Below, piece after piece: positions 19,616 to 29,881 of a stretch of 64,000 nt of DNA (positions within the stretch are counted from its first letter, which is position 1; each line of letters opens with the position of its first letter). Below the pieces are notes generated by a model. It worked only from the letters and a program-made list of their open reading frames with translations, was not told the origin of the DNA and searched no databases. The stretch is from an uncultured Gammaproteobacteria bacterium (GTDB lineage: Bacteria; Pseudomonadota; Gammaproteobacteria; Magnimaribacterales; D2472). Made by a program: the position numbers and the translations under genes. The DNA lies in the NCBI GenBank assembly GCA_964014565.1, contig CAXGZN010000001.1, positions 175 to 64,174 of the forward strand, given 5' to 3'.

Positions 19616-20392
19616 ATGTCTATTCACGAATCCTCGATAATACATCCTTCTGCCGAAATCGACGAAAATGTTGAAATCGGACCTTTTTGTCTTGTAGGAG
19701 AACAGGTTAAAGTAAAATCTGGTTCAAAACTGCTTTCTCATGTAGTTTTAAAGGGACCAACAACTGTTGGAAAGAATAATGTTTTTTATCAGTTCTGTAC
19801 CATAGGTGAGGATACCCCAGACAAGAAATTTAAAGGTGAAGAAACTACTTTAGAAATTGGAGATGAAAATATCTTTAGAGAGGGAGTAACCGTTCATAGA
19901 GGAACTATCCAAGATAAAAGCACAACTATAATTGGCAACAAGAATTTATTTATGGCATATGCTCACGTTGCTCATGATTGCGTTGTTGGTAATGGTAATG
20001 TTTTTGCTAATAATGCAGGAATAGCTGGTCATGTAACTGTAGGCAATAATGTGACAATTGGTGCTTTAACTACAATTCATCAATTTTGTCAGATGGGAGA
20101 CTACTCTTTTGCAGGCATGAATGCTTCAATCACAATGGATGTTCCTTCATACATAAAAGTAGCATCAAATCCTGCGAGAGTTGTTGGTCTTAATTCAGTA
20201 GGTATGGAAAGAGGGGGCATTGATCAGGAGACAATAACCATTCTTAAAAAAGCATATAAAATTATCTATAGAAAAGGATTTAATCTCAATGAAGCAATTG
20301 AGAAAGTTGAATCTTTAAATTCCAATGATGTTCAAGAAGTCCAAAACTTCGTCGACTCTATTAAATCTTCAGAAAGAGGTATTCTCAGATAG
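19616..20392 (+). CDS. lpxA: acyl-ACP:UDP-GlcNAc O-acyltransferase
   Basis: 258 aa with hexapeptide repeats followed by a helical C-terminal domain. The synteny is conserved. Confidence 0.93.
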   Translation: MSIHESSIIHPSAEIDENVEIGPFCLVGEQVKVKSGSKLLSHVVLKGPTTVGKNNVFYQFCTIGEDTPDKKFKGEETTLEIGDENIFREGVTVHRGTIQDKSTTIIGNKNLFMAYAHVAHDCVVGNGNVFANNAGIAGHVTVGNNVTIGALTTIHQFCQMGDYSFAGMNASITMDVPSYIKVASNPARVVGLNSVGMERGGIDQETITILKKAYKIIYRKGFNLNEAIEKVESLNSNDVQEVQNFVDSIKSSERGILR

Positions 20393-21508
20393 GTGAAAGA
20401 TTCTATTAAGATAGGAATTGTTGCTGGAGAGCATTCCGGCGACATTTTAGGAGAAAACCTTCTTAAAGCTTTAAAAAAAATAAAAAATGTAGAAATTTTT
20501 GGTGTTGGTGGCCCAAAAATGGAAGGTCAGGGTCTCAAATCAGTATTTGATTTTAATAATTTAAATATAATGGGCCTCGTAGATCCTATTCTTAATTATT
20601 CCAAGATCATGTCTTATAAAAATGATCTCTGTAACTTATTCATAAATGAAAAGATTGATGTTTTTATTGGCATTGATTCCCCTGATTTTAATATGCAAAT
20701 CCAAAAAAAATTAAAGAAAACTTCAAAAATAAAAACAGTCCAACTTGTTACACCCTCTATTTGGGCTTGGAGAAAAGGTAGGCTAAAGAATATCAAAAAA
20801 TATACTGACCTAAGCGCATCACTATTTAAATTTGAACATGATTTTTATAAAAAACATGGCTTAAATAATATTCTTTTAGGGCATCATTTTTCAGAACTTA
20901 AACCAAACAAGAGATCGGATGTTTTAGAGAAATATAACCTTGAAAAGGATAAAAAATATATAAGCATTATGCCTGGAAGCAGGAATTCAGAAATAAAGAA
21001 TATGATGCCAACTTACTTAGAATTTATGCAACTCTATGATGGTCTTAATGAAAAAGCGCATTTTCTAATACCTGTTGTAAATCAGGATGATCTTGAACAT
21101 ATTGACTCATATTTAGATGACTCAAAAGTTAAATACTCAATAGAGGTAAATGCTGCAAATGAGTTTTTGTCTTTATCAGAATTTTCTATTGTTACTTCGG
21201 GAACAGCCTCATTGCAATCTTGTGTTTTAGGAGCTCACCCAATTATTTGTTACAAAACATCATTTTTTAACCATTTCATTATTTCAAGAATGATTCAAAC
21301 AGAAATAATTGGTCTGCCAAATCTTCTTCTCTCGCAAAAATTTTTTCCTGAGCTGGTTCAAACAGCTTGCACACCACAAAACATACTTTTGGAAACACAA
21401 AAACTTAAAATAAACAGATTTTTGCTTGATCAAAAGACTGACCTTATTATAAAAAACCTTAAAGGCATTGGTTTTGATTCTTTGGCAGAAGAAGTAGCTA
21501 TTTTATAA
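20393..21508 (+). CDS. lpxB: lipid-A-disaccharide synthase
   Basis: 371 aa with a GTG start. The N-terminal IGIVAGEHSGDILGENLLKALK matches the LpxB N-terminus. The synteny is conserved. Confidence 0.88.
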   Translation: MKDSIKIGIVAGEHSGDILGENLLKALKKIKNVEIFGVGGPKMEGQGLKSVFDFNNLNIMGLVDPILNYSKIMSYKNDLCNLFINEKIDVFIGIDSPDFNMQIQKKLKKTSKIKTVQLVTPSIWAWRKGRLKNIKKYTDLSASLFKFEHDFYKKHGLNNILLGHHFSELKPNKRSDVLEKYNLEKDKKYISIMPGSRNSEIKNMMPTYLEFMQLYDGLNEKAHFLIPVVNQDDLEHIDSYLDDSKVKYSIEVNAANEFLSLSEFSIVTSGTASLQSCVLGAHPIICYKTSFFNHFIISRMIQTEIIGLPNLLLSQKFFPELVQTACTPQNILLETQKLKINRFLLDQKTDLIIKNLKGIGFDSLAEEVAIL

Positions 21509-21512
21509 ATAA

Positions 21513-22049
21513 ATGATAGCTGGTGTTGATGAGGTTGGTAGGGGTTGTCTTGCTGGGCCAGTAATAGCTGCGTCTGTAATACTAAAAAGACCAATCGAAG
21601 GCCTTATGGACTCAAAGAAGCTTTCTCCAAAAAAAAGGGAGGATCTAAATCAGGTAATAATAGAAAATTCCATATTTGCTATAGGAGCTGCAGATAACCA
21701 AGAAATTGATCAAATTAATATCTTACAAGCGTCCTTGTTAGCAATGCAGAGATCATTAGAAAAGCTAGATGTAAAACCAAAAAAAGTATTAGTTGATGGT
21801 GCTAACATTTTCGAAACTCCAATTGAAATAGAGTCTATTGTGGGAGGAGATAATTTGATACCATCAATCAGTGCAGCTTCAATAGTAGCAAAGGTATATA
21901 GAGATAAGTTAATGATGGCGTATAGTAAAGAATTTCCAAATTATGGGTTTGATAAACACAAAGGATATCCAACAAAATTTCACAAAGAAATGCTTAAAAG
22001 ATATGGATTAACAAGAATTCACAGAAGAACTTTTAAAGGTGTGAATTAA
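21513..22049 (+). CDS. rnhB: ribonuclease HII
   Basis: 178 aa with the motif IAGVDEVGRGCLAGPV. Confidence 0.92.
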   Translation: MIAGVDEVGRGCLAGPVIAASVILKRPIEGLMDSKKLSPKKREDLNQVIIENSIFAIGAADNQEIDQINILQASLLAMQRSLEKLDVKPKKVLVDGANIFETPIEIESIVGGDNLIPSISAASIVAKVYRDKLMMAYSKEFPNYGFDKHKGYPTKFHKEMLKRYGLTRIHRRTFKGVN

Positions 22050-25000
22050 TGAATGGATCATTTGCTCATTTAAGAGTTTCGTCAGAATACAGCATATTTA
22101 AAGGACTGTTATCTATTGAGAAACTTGTTGAAAAAGCAAAATCTTTTGATATGCCAGCTATAGCATTAACCGATCATTCCAACATGTTTGGACTTGTCAA
22201 ATTTTTTAAGAAATGTGAGAAGGAAGGTATAAAACCCATAAGCGGATCAACACTCAATATTGCTAGATCTCAAGAAGATAGACCTTATGAATTTTTATGC
22301 TTAGCTAAGAATATAGATGGACATAAGAATCTTATGCACGGACTTTCAAAAGCAAGTAGAAACCAATCAAAAGCCATTTTCTATGATGATTTCTTAAATA
22401 TTTGCAATGATATTTTTGTAATAGCAGGGTCCGAAAATTCCGAAATCTTTTCACTCATACTTAATGATAAGGAAGATGAGGCAGTTAAGCTTATTGAGAA
22501 ATATAAACTAGATTTTAAAAATAATTTTGTAATTGAGATTCAAAATACTGGTAAAGAAAGTCATAAGATCTTTATGGCTTCCATTTTGCCTATTGCCTCA
22601 AGGCTTAGTATTCCTGTGATAGCAACAAATGATGTTTTATTTGGAGATAGAGAGGACTTTGAAATTCATGAAACCAAGGTATGCATTAACAGCGGTAAGA
22701 CACTAAACGATCCAAACAGAGAAAAAATTTATTCTGAGGAGCAGTATTTTAAATCTCAGGATGAGATGCAAGATTTGTTTAAAGATTTTCCAGAGGTTCT
22801 TTCAAATACTCTTGAAATTGCCAAACAATGTAACCTAAGTTTAGAGCCAGATGGTTATTTTTTGCCTGAGTATCCTGTTCCTGAGGGACAAGACTTTGAT
22901 TCTCACTTAAAGAGCTTAGTTGAAGAAAATCTAAATAATCTTACTACTAAATTTGCCAAGGATCAGATAGAGGAATATAAGGCTAGAGTTAAATATGAGC
23001 TAGACCAAATAAAAACAATGGGATTCTCAAGTTATTTCTTAATTGTTTATGATTTTATAAAGTGGTCCAAAAATAATGATGTTCCTGTTGGTCCAGGAAG
23101 AGGGTCAGGAGCAGGCTCTTTAGTTGCTTATTGCTTAGGAATCACAGCTCTTGATCCTATTAAACATGGCCTTCTTTTTGAAAGATTTTTAAATCCAGAG
23201 AGAATATCTATGCCAGACTTTGACATAGACTTTTGTATGGAGAAGAGAGATAAAGTTATTGAATATGTTAGTTCAAAGTATGGTAAAGATGCTGTATCAC
23301 AAATTGTAACTTTTGGAACAATGGCTGCCAAAGGAGTTGTTAGAGATGTTACCAGAGCGCTTGGTAAACCATATAGTCTTGGAGATAGAATCTCTAAAAT
23401 GATCCCTTTTGAGATTGGAATGACTCTTGAAAAGGCAATATCAAGACAGCCAGTGCTCAAGCAAGCCATTAAAGATGATGATGAGGTTCAGGAAATCATG
23501 AATCTATCTTTTAAATTAGAAGGCGGCATTAGAAATATTGGAAAACATGCTGGAGGAGTTGTAATTGCTCCAGGATCACTATCAGACTTTTCTCCAATAT
23601 ATTTTGATAGTGATACATCTTCAGTACTCACACAATTTGACAAAGATGATGTTGAAAAAATTGGACTAGTTAAGTTTGATTTTTTAGGACTTAGGACCCT
23701 CACAATTATTGATAAGGCAATCAAATCAATAAACGATGATCTAGCCTCAAAGAATGAAGATCCTCTGGATATATCAAATCTAGATTTAAATGACTCTAAG
23801 GTTTTTGAGCTCTTATCCGCTGGAAAAACTACTGCAGTTTTTCAACTCGAATCTCCAGGCATGAAGGATCTCATTAAAAGACTTCAGCCAACAAAATTTG
23901 AAGAAATAGTTGCTCTTCTTGCATTATTTAGACCAGGACCATTGGATTCTGGCATGCATGATGAATTTGTAAATAGAAAGAATGGTAAAGTGCCTGTCAC
24001 ATATCCCCATAAATTGCTTGAACCTGTTTTGTCTGAGACATATGGCGTGATCCTATACCAAGAGCAAGTTATGGAATCTGCAAGAGTTCTAGCAGGATAC
24101 TCGCTTGGGCAAGCTGATATTCTCCGAAGAGCAATGGGTAAAAAACAAGTAGAAGAAATGGATAAGCAAAGGACTATCTTTGTAGATGGTTGTAAAGATA
24201 ATAATATTAAAGAAGACCTTGCAAATAAAATATTTAATTTAATTGAAACTTTTGCTGGTTATGGCTTTAATAAATCTCATTCAGCAGCCTATGCTTTGTT
24301 GTCATTTCAGACAGCATATCTCAAGACATATTATCCAGAATATTTTATGGCAGCTGTTCTATCCTCGGCTCAAGGAAATACTGACAAGATAAGCTCAATC
24401 ATAAAAGAATGCAAAGGTATGGGTATAAACGTCTTAAGCCCAAATATATTAACAAGCGGGACAAATTTCTTTGTTAATCCAAAAAAACAAATTGAATATG
24501 GACTAACTTCTCTTAAAGGCGTAGCTGAATCTTTTATCTATCACCTATCTGAGATTCGAGAAAAAAATACATTTACTAACTTATTAGATTTCTCCAAAAA
24601 AGTTAATGTAAAACTTGGTGGTAAGAAATCACTTGAATCTTTATCAAAAGCAGGAGCTTTTGATTCAATATGTGATTCAAGATCAATTGCCTTAGCTTGT
24701 ATACCAGATATGCTAAAGGAGGGAGATAAAAAAGCGTCTGATGCTTTGTTTGCAGGTGATTTATTTTCAAATGTAGAGGAGGATTTCAATCCTTATGATC
24801 AATATAAAGATGTGAACCCTCTAAATTTTTCTCAAAAACTGAAATATGAAAAAGAAGCTCTTGGTTTTTATATTTCTGGCCATCCTGTAGAAGCAATTCA
24901 AGATGATATTAAAGATTTAAGGTCTCATAAGATATCAGATCTTGATGCAAATACTTCATCTGCAACGATTGTAGGCCTTGTTAATTCAACAAGACAGATA

Positions 25001-25483
25001 AAAGACTCGAAGAATAAACCAATTACTTTTTTAAATTTTGATGATGAAAGCGGATCTATGGATGGAATAATTCTTTCTGAGTTATATGAAGAGAAATACG
25101 GAATCATCAAGGAAGGTACAATATTAAGATTTCATGGATCAGTTGAGGTAGATGATTACAGATCCAGAGAGACCAATTCAACAATGTATAGAATGAGAGT
25201 AAAGAATATAAATGCAGTTGAAAGTGATTTAGTTGATAGCAAAAAAGATCTTTTAATAATTTGTGATACTGTCAATGGCGACTCTCTCCAAGAAATTAAA
25301 TTAAAGCTTAATAAGATTGATTCAGATTTTTGGGGCGGCGAAAGTAAAGTAAAGTTAAAAATACTCAAAGACAGCACAGAAGCACTTATTTCTTTAAATG
25401 ATAACTTTATGATTGATCTAAATTCAGAAAATTTAGATAATTTAAGAAGTATCTTTGGAGATAATAAGATTAAATTAAGCTAA
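22049..25483 (+). CDS. dnaE: DNA polymerase III alpha subunit
   Basis: 1144 aa with an N-terminal PHP domain, the GPGRGSGAGSLVAY motif and an OB-fold region. There is a TAATG overlap with rnhB. Confidence 0.97.
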   Translation: MNGSFAHLRVSSEYSIFKGLLSIEKLVEKAKSFDMPAIALTDHSNMFGLVKFFKKCEKEGIKPISGSTLNIARSQEDRPYEFLCLAKNIDGHKNLMHGLSKASRNQSKAIFYDDFLNICNDIFVIAGSENSEIFSLILNDKEDEAVKLIEKYKLDFKNNFVIEIQNTGKESHKIFMASILPIASRLSIPVIATNDVLFGDREDFEIHETKVCINSGKTLNDPNREKIYSEEQYFKSQDEMQDLFKDFPEVLSNTLEIAKQCNLSLEPDGYFLPEYPVPEGQDFDSHLKSLVEENLNNLTTKFAKDQIEEYKARVKYELDQIKTMGFSSYFLIVYDFIKWSKNNDVPVGPGRGSGAGSLVAYCLGITALDPIKHGLLFERFLNPERISMPDFDIDFCMEKRDKVIEYVSSKYGKDAVSQIVTFGTMAAKGVVRDVTRALGKPYSLGDRISKMIPFEIGMTLEKAISRQPVLKQAIKDDDEVQEIMNLSFKLEGGIRNIGKHAGGVVIAPGSLSDFSPIYFDSDTSSVLTQFDKDDVEKIGLVKFDFLGLRTLTIIDKAIKSINDDLASKNEDPLDISNLDLNDSKVFELLSAGKTTAVFQLESPGMKDLIKRLQPTKFEEIVALLALFRPGPLDSGMHDEFVNRKNGKVPVTYPHKLLEPVLSETYGVILYQEQVMESARVLAGYSLGQADILRRAMGKKQVEEMDKQRTIFVDGCKDNNIKEDLANKIFNLIETFAGYGFNKSHSAAYALLSFQTAYLKTYYPEYFMAAVLSSAQGNTDKISSIIKECKGMGINVLSPNILTSGTNFFVNPKKQIEYGLTSLKGVAESFIYHLSEIREKNTFTNLLDFSKKVNVKLGGKKSLESLSKAGAFDSICDSRSIALACIPDMLKEGDKKASDALFAGDLFSNVEEDFNPYDQYKDVNPLNFSQKLKYEKEALGFYISGHPVEAIQDDIKDLRSHKISDLDANTSSATIVGLVNSTRQIKDSKNKPITFLNFDDESGSMDGIILSELYEEKYGIIKEGTILRFHGSVEVDDYRSRETNSTMYRMRVKNINAVESDLVDSKKDLLIICDTVNGDSLQEIKLKLNKIDSDFWGGESKVKLKILKDSTEALISLNDNFMIDLNSENLDNLRSIFGDNKIKLS

Positions 25484-25485
25484 TT

Positions 25486-26433
25486 ATGATCAAACGTCAC
25501 TTTTTAGAATTTGAAAAGCCACTGGAAGAAATCGCTGACAAGATTGACGCGTTAGAGATTGTTTCAAAAGATAATCCCGAATTAAGATCTCAAATAGATA
25601 AGCTTCAATCAGAATTTGAAGAAAGAACTAAAAAGATATACACAAATCTTAACCGATGGAACAAAGTATTAATTTCAAGACATCCACAAAGACCACATAC
25701 TTCAGACTATATCGAGAATATTTTTTCTGATTTTGATGAGCTTCATGGAGATAGACAGTTTGCAGATGATCCGTCAATAATTGGCGGTCTTGCAAAAATA
25801 GATGATATGCCAGTAATGATTATCGGTCATGAAAAAGGGAAGGGTACCGATGAAAAGCTCAAAAGGAATTTTGGGATGCCTCAACCAGAAGGATATCGTA
25901 AAGCTAAAAGATTAATGAGAATGGCTGAGCAGTTTGAGTTACCTGTCATAACTTTTGTAGATACATCTGGAGCTTATCCTGGAATAGAGGGAGAGGAAAG
26001 AGGTCAAAGTGAAGCTATCGCTTCAAATCTAGCACTGATGTCTCAACTCAAGACTAGAATCATAGTTGTTGTAACTGGCGAGGGTGGATCAGGAGGAGCA
26101 TTAGCTTTAGGTGTAGGTGATCATGTGAGTATGCTAGAGCATGCAATTTATTCTGTAGCCTCTCCAGAGGCCTGTGCTTCAATTGTGTGGAGATCTTCTG
26201 AGAAAGCAGAAGAGGCAGCAGAAGCAATGAAATTAACTGCTAAAGATTTGATTAAGCTCAATATTATTGATGAAATCATTGAAGAGCCAACTGGCGGCGC
26301 ACATAGAGATTATAAAACTATCACCCAACAAGTTAAGAATTCATTGCTATCAAACATTGAAAATCTAAATAAGATACCTCTTGAAAGACTTTTAGAAAGA
26401 CGCTATCTAAGGCTTACGGAAGTAGGAAAATAG
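25486..26433 (+). CDS. accA: acetyl-CoA carboxylase carboxyltransferase alpha subunit
   Basis: 315 aa of typical AccA sequence (RHPQRPHT, GEGGSGGALA). Confidence 0.95.
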   Translation: MIKRHFLEFEKPLEEIADKIDALEIVSKDNPELRSQIDKLQSEFEERTKKIYTNLNRWNKVLISRHPQRPHTSDYIENIFSDFDELHGDRQFADDPSIIGGLAKIDDMPVMIIGHEKGKGTDEKLKRNFGMPQPEGYRKAKRLMRMAEQFELPVITFVDTSGAYPGIEGEERGQSEAIASNLALMSQLKTRIIVVVTGEGGSGGALALGVGDHVSMLEHAIYSVASPEACASIVWRSSEKAEEAAEAMKLTAKDLIKLNIIDEIIEEPTGGAHRDYKTITQQVKNSLLSNIENLNKIPLERLLERRYLRLTEVGK

Positions 26434-26434
26434 T

Positions 26435-27397
26435 TTGTCACTTTCTACAAATCTTTTAGATGCATTGTCTCCAGAAAGTAAAATCTTTGTAGCTTTCAGT
26501 GGAGGACTGGATTCAACAGCGCTTTTATTTTTATGTAATGAAGCCTTCAAACAAAAAAAAATAAGGAATTTAAAAGCAATTCATATAAATCATAATCTCT
26601 CTAATAATAGCGATAACTGGCAGCAGCATTGTGAAAGTTTTTGCAGAAGTAATAATATTGAATTTGAATCTTTCACAGTGGAGGTCTCAAAAAATAGATC
26701 TAGTATTGAGTCACAGGCAAGACAGGCAAGATATAAAATTTTTGAAAGCCTTCTAGATGAAAATGATCAGATCTTATTAGCTCATCATAGAAATGATATT
26801 TTTGAAACTATTCTTCTAAGGCTATTCAGAGGAACAGGAGTTGACGGTTTAAGTGGTTTAAATGAAAAAAGATCATTGGGCAAAGGAGAAATAATAAGAC
26901 CATTCTTAAACTTATCTAAATCTGATTTAAAAATTTACATTGATGAAAATGATCTACCATTTGTTGAAGATGATACAAATTCAAACAATGATTTTGATAG
27001 GAATTTCTTGAGAAATGAAATAGTTCCACACCTTGAAAAAAGATGGAGTAAGCTTTCTGAAAAGGTTGCATTTACTTCTTTAACAGCAGATAAGAAAAAG
27101 CTTTCACTAGATTACATGCTTGAAAAGAACTTTAAAAAAGAAATTTCTACAGGCATCATCGAAAGAACAAACTTTGTTGAAATTCCCTCTTTCTTATTGG
27201 AAGAGCTGATAAGATTAATGTTAAGAAAGAAAAATATTGCGTTACCAAGTCAAAAAGTTCTGTCTGAAATTATGAATGTCTTTTTTCATAAAAAACCTTC
27301 AAATGAATCATATGTTGAGTGGTCAAGGAAAGATGGCGAACAAGTCGGCGGGAAAGTTTTCTCAGAGCACAATGATGTTATTTTTAAAAAAAAATAA
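26435..27397 (+). CDS. tilS: tRNA(Ile)-lysidine synthase, short form
   Basis: 320 aa with a TTG start and the PP-loop VAFSGGLDS. It holds the conserved position after accA. Confidence 0.85.
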   Translation: MSLSTNLLDALSPESKIFVAFSGGLDSTALLFLCNEAFKQKKIRNLKAIHINHNLSNNSDNWQQHCESFCRSNNIEFESFTVEVSKNRSSIESQARQARYKIFESLLDENDQILLAHHRNDIFETILLRLFRGTGVDGLSGLNEKRSLGKGEIIRPFLNLSKSDLKIYIDENDLPFVEDDTNSNNDFDRNFLRNEIVPHLEKRWSKLSEKVAFTSLTADKKKLSLDYMLEKNFKKEISTGIIERTNFVEIPSFLLEELIRLMLRKKNIALPSQKVLSEIMNVFFHKKPSNESYVEWSRKDGEQVGGKVFSEHNDVIFKKK

Positions 27398-27411
27398 CCT
27401 ATAATTTAATT

Positions 27412-28194
27412 ATGAATACTAAAACACTTGAAATAGATATCAAATCACCTATAGCAACAGTTACTTTAAATAGACCGAATGTTTTAAATGCATTTAATGA
27501 GCAATTAGTTTTGGACCTCCAAGAAGCATTTAAAAGTCTAACTGAAAACGAATCAGTGAGAGTCATTATACTTACTGGTTCAGGTAAAGGATTCTCAGCA
27601 GGAGCTGATCTTACTGAAAGAGAGGCAAGCTGGGATCCAGATTGTCCATCAAAAGATGCTTTACTTCGAGGCTATATGCCGATTTTTAGTGACATTGTTG
27701 AAATGCCAAAAATTGTAATAGCTGCAATAAATGGCCCAGCAGCTGGCATTGGTGCAGCATTAGCAATGGCTTGTGATTTGAGAGTCATGACAAAATCATC
27801 TTATATTCTTTCAGTTTTTAGCAATATAGCGCTTGTTCCTGATGGCGGATTAAATTGGCTATTAACAAGATTCTTAGGATATGCAAAGGCTCTTGAATTT
27901 GCTATTGAAGCAAAAAAAATAGATTCACAAATGTGTTTAGATTTTGGTATTGCTAATAAAGTTGTTGAAGATAATAAGCTTCTTGAGGAGGCATATTCAT
28001 GGGCAAATTCATTAGCAAAAAGGTCACCTCAAGCACTTTCAAACACTAAAAGATTAATGAGAGATTCTTTGAGTAAGTCTTATTTTGAAACTTTTAAGCA
28101 GGAAGCAGAAATTCAAAATGAGATTTTTGGATCTCCTGAACACAGAGAAGCTGTCCAAGCGTTTTTTGAAAAAAGGCAACCTAAATTTGATTAG
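27412..28194 (+). CDS. enoyl-CoA hydratase/isomerase (crotonase) family protein
   Basis: 260 aa with GSGKGFSAGADL and the crotonase fold pattern. Confidence 0.85.
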   Translation: MNTKTLEIDIKSPIATVTLNRPNVLNAFNEQLVLDLQEAFKSLTENESVRVIILTGSGKGFSAGADLTEREASWDPDCPSKDALLRGYMPIFSDIVEMPKIVIAAINGPAAGIGAALAMACDLRVMTKSSYILSVFSNIALVPDGGLNWLLTRFLGYAKALEFAIEAKKIDSQMCLDFGIANKVVEDNKLLEEAYSWANSLAKRSPQALSNTKRLMRDSLSKSYFETFKQEAEIQNEIFGSPEHREAVQAFFEKRQPKFD

Positions 28195-29852
28195 ATTAGT
28201 TTTGCTACTCCAACAATGATTGCTTCAAATGAAGCCTTGGTAGTATTTCGATTTATACCAACACCCCAGCTTGTTTTTTCACCTTTTTGAAGTTCAATAT
28301 AAGCAGCAGCTTGAGCGTCAGAGCCAGACGAAATTGCACTCTGATGATAATCAGATACTTTTATATCAATTGATAGTTTTTGATTCAGTGCATTTACAAA
28401 TGCGTCAATTGGACCATTACCTGAACCAGATATTTCATGGTTTTTACCATCAATTTCAATCTCAGCTTTAATATGATCACTCACATCAGCTGTATCTGAA
28501 GTTTTTAAGGAATAGTTTTTAAAACTATGCCCTGATTTTGGCATGACAAAGTTTGTATGAAAGATTTCCCAAATCTCTGATGTTGAAATTTCTTTACCAG
28601 TCTCATCAGCAATTTTTTGTATTTTCTGACTCATGCTTATTTGAAGCCTTCTAGGGAGAGACACGCCATGATCTTTTTCCAATAGAAAAGCAACGCCTCC
28701 TTTACCAGATTGTGAATTAATTCTTACAACGGCTTCATAGGTTCTCCCCAGGTCTGCAGGATCAATTGGCAAATAAGGCACTTCCCATTGTGGTTCATTA
28801 GAGCTTCTTAATGCATTTAAACCTTTTTTTATGGCATCTTGGTGCGAACCCGAGAAAGCAGTAAAGACCAAATCTCCGGCATAGGGATGTCTAGGATGGA
28901 CGGGCAGTTGATTACAGTATTCAACCTCTCTCATAACATTATTAATTTGTGAAAAATCTAAATTAGGATTTATACCTTGGCTATACATATTAAGGGCTAA
29001 GGTTACGATATCTACATTTCCTGTTCTTTCACCATTCCCAAATAATGTTCCCTCAACTCTATCTGCACCTGCCATTAAGCCAAACTCAGAAGCAGCTATT
29101 GCTGTACCCCTATCATTATGCGGGTGAAGTGAAAGACATATGTTTTCCCTATTCTTAAAGTTCTCACTCATCCACTCTATTTGATCTCCATATATATTTG
29201 CCGTTGACATCTCAACTGTTGCTGGAAGATTAATGATAATTTTATTATTTGAAGACTCTTTTAATATATCAACAACGTCATCGCAAACCTCTACTGCATA
29301 ATCTAGCTCAGTTCCAGTGAAACTTTCAGGAGAGTATTCAAATGACCAATTAGTATTTTTATATTCACTTGATAACTCTTTAATTAATTCTGCAGCATCC
29401 GTTGCAATTTTTTTAACTCCTCCTTTATCTTTATCAAAAACAACTTTTCTTTGAAGAGTTGAAGTCGAATTATAAAAATGAAGAATTGCATTAGGAGCTC
29501 CATCAAGAGCTTCGAAAGTTCTCTTTATAATTTCGGGCCTAGCTTGCGTAAGAACTTGAATAGTAACATCAGAGGGGATAACTTTTTCATTAATTAAATA
29601 TCTTGTGAAATCAAAATCAGTTTGTGATGCAGCTGGAAATCCAATCTCAATCTGCTTAAAACCAATTTTGCACAATAGATTAAACATTCTTTTTTTTCTT
29701 TCATCTCCCATTGGCTCAATAAGAGCCTGATTTCCATCACGCAGGTCTACAGAACACCAAATAGGAGCACTTTCTATAACTTTTGAAGGCCATGACCTGT
29801 TTTCCTTGCTTACAGGCTTATATGGCATATATTTTTTATTTGTTTTATCCAT
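28191..29852 (-). CDS. leuA: 2-isopropylmalate synthase, long (LeuA type 2) form
   Basis: 553 aa with DLRDGNQ, HPHNDRGTA and a C-terminal LeuA dimerisation/regulatory domain. Confidence 0.9.
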   Translation of the reverse strand: MDKTNKKYMPYKPVSKENRSWPSKVIESAPIWCSVDLRDGNQALIEPMGDERKKRMFNLLCKIGFKQIEIGFPAASQTDFDFTRYLINEKVIPSDVTIQVLTQARPEIIKRTFEALDGAPNAILHFYNSTSTLQRKVVFDKDKGGVKKIATDAAELIKELSSEYKNTNWSFEYSPESFTGTELDYAVEVCDDVVDILKESSNNKIIINLPATVEMSTANIYGDQIEWMSENFKNRENICLSLHPHNDRGTAIAASEFGLMAGADRVEGTLFGNGERTGNVDIVTLALNMYSQGINPNLDFSQINNVMREVEYCNQLPVHPRHPYAGDLVFTAFSGSHQDAIKKGLNALRSSNEPQWEVPYLPIDPADLGRTYEAVVRINSQSGKGGVAFLLEKDHGVSLPRRLQISMSQKIQKIADETGKEISTSEIWEIFHTNFVMPKSGHSFKNYSLKTSDTADVSDHIKAEIEIDGKNHEISGSGNGPIDAFVNALNQKLSIDIKVSDYHQSAISSGSDAQAAAYIELQKGEKTSWGVGINRNTTKASFEAIIVGVAKLI

Positions 29853-29881
29853 TTAATTCTTCAAAATGTTAACATCAAAAA

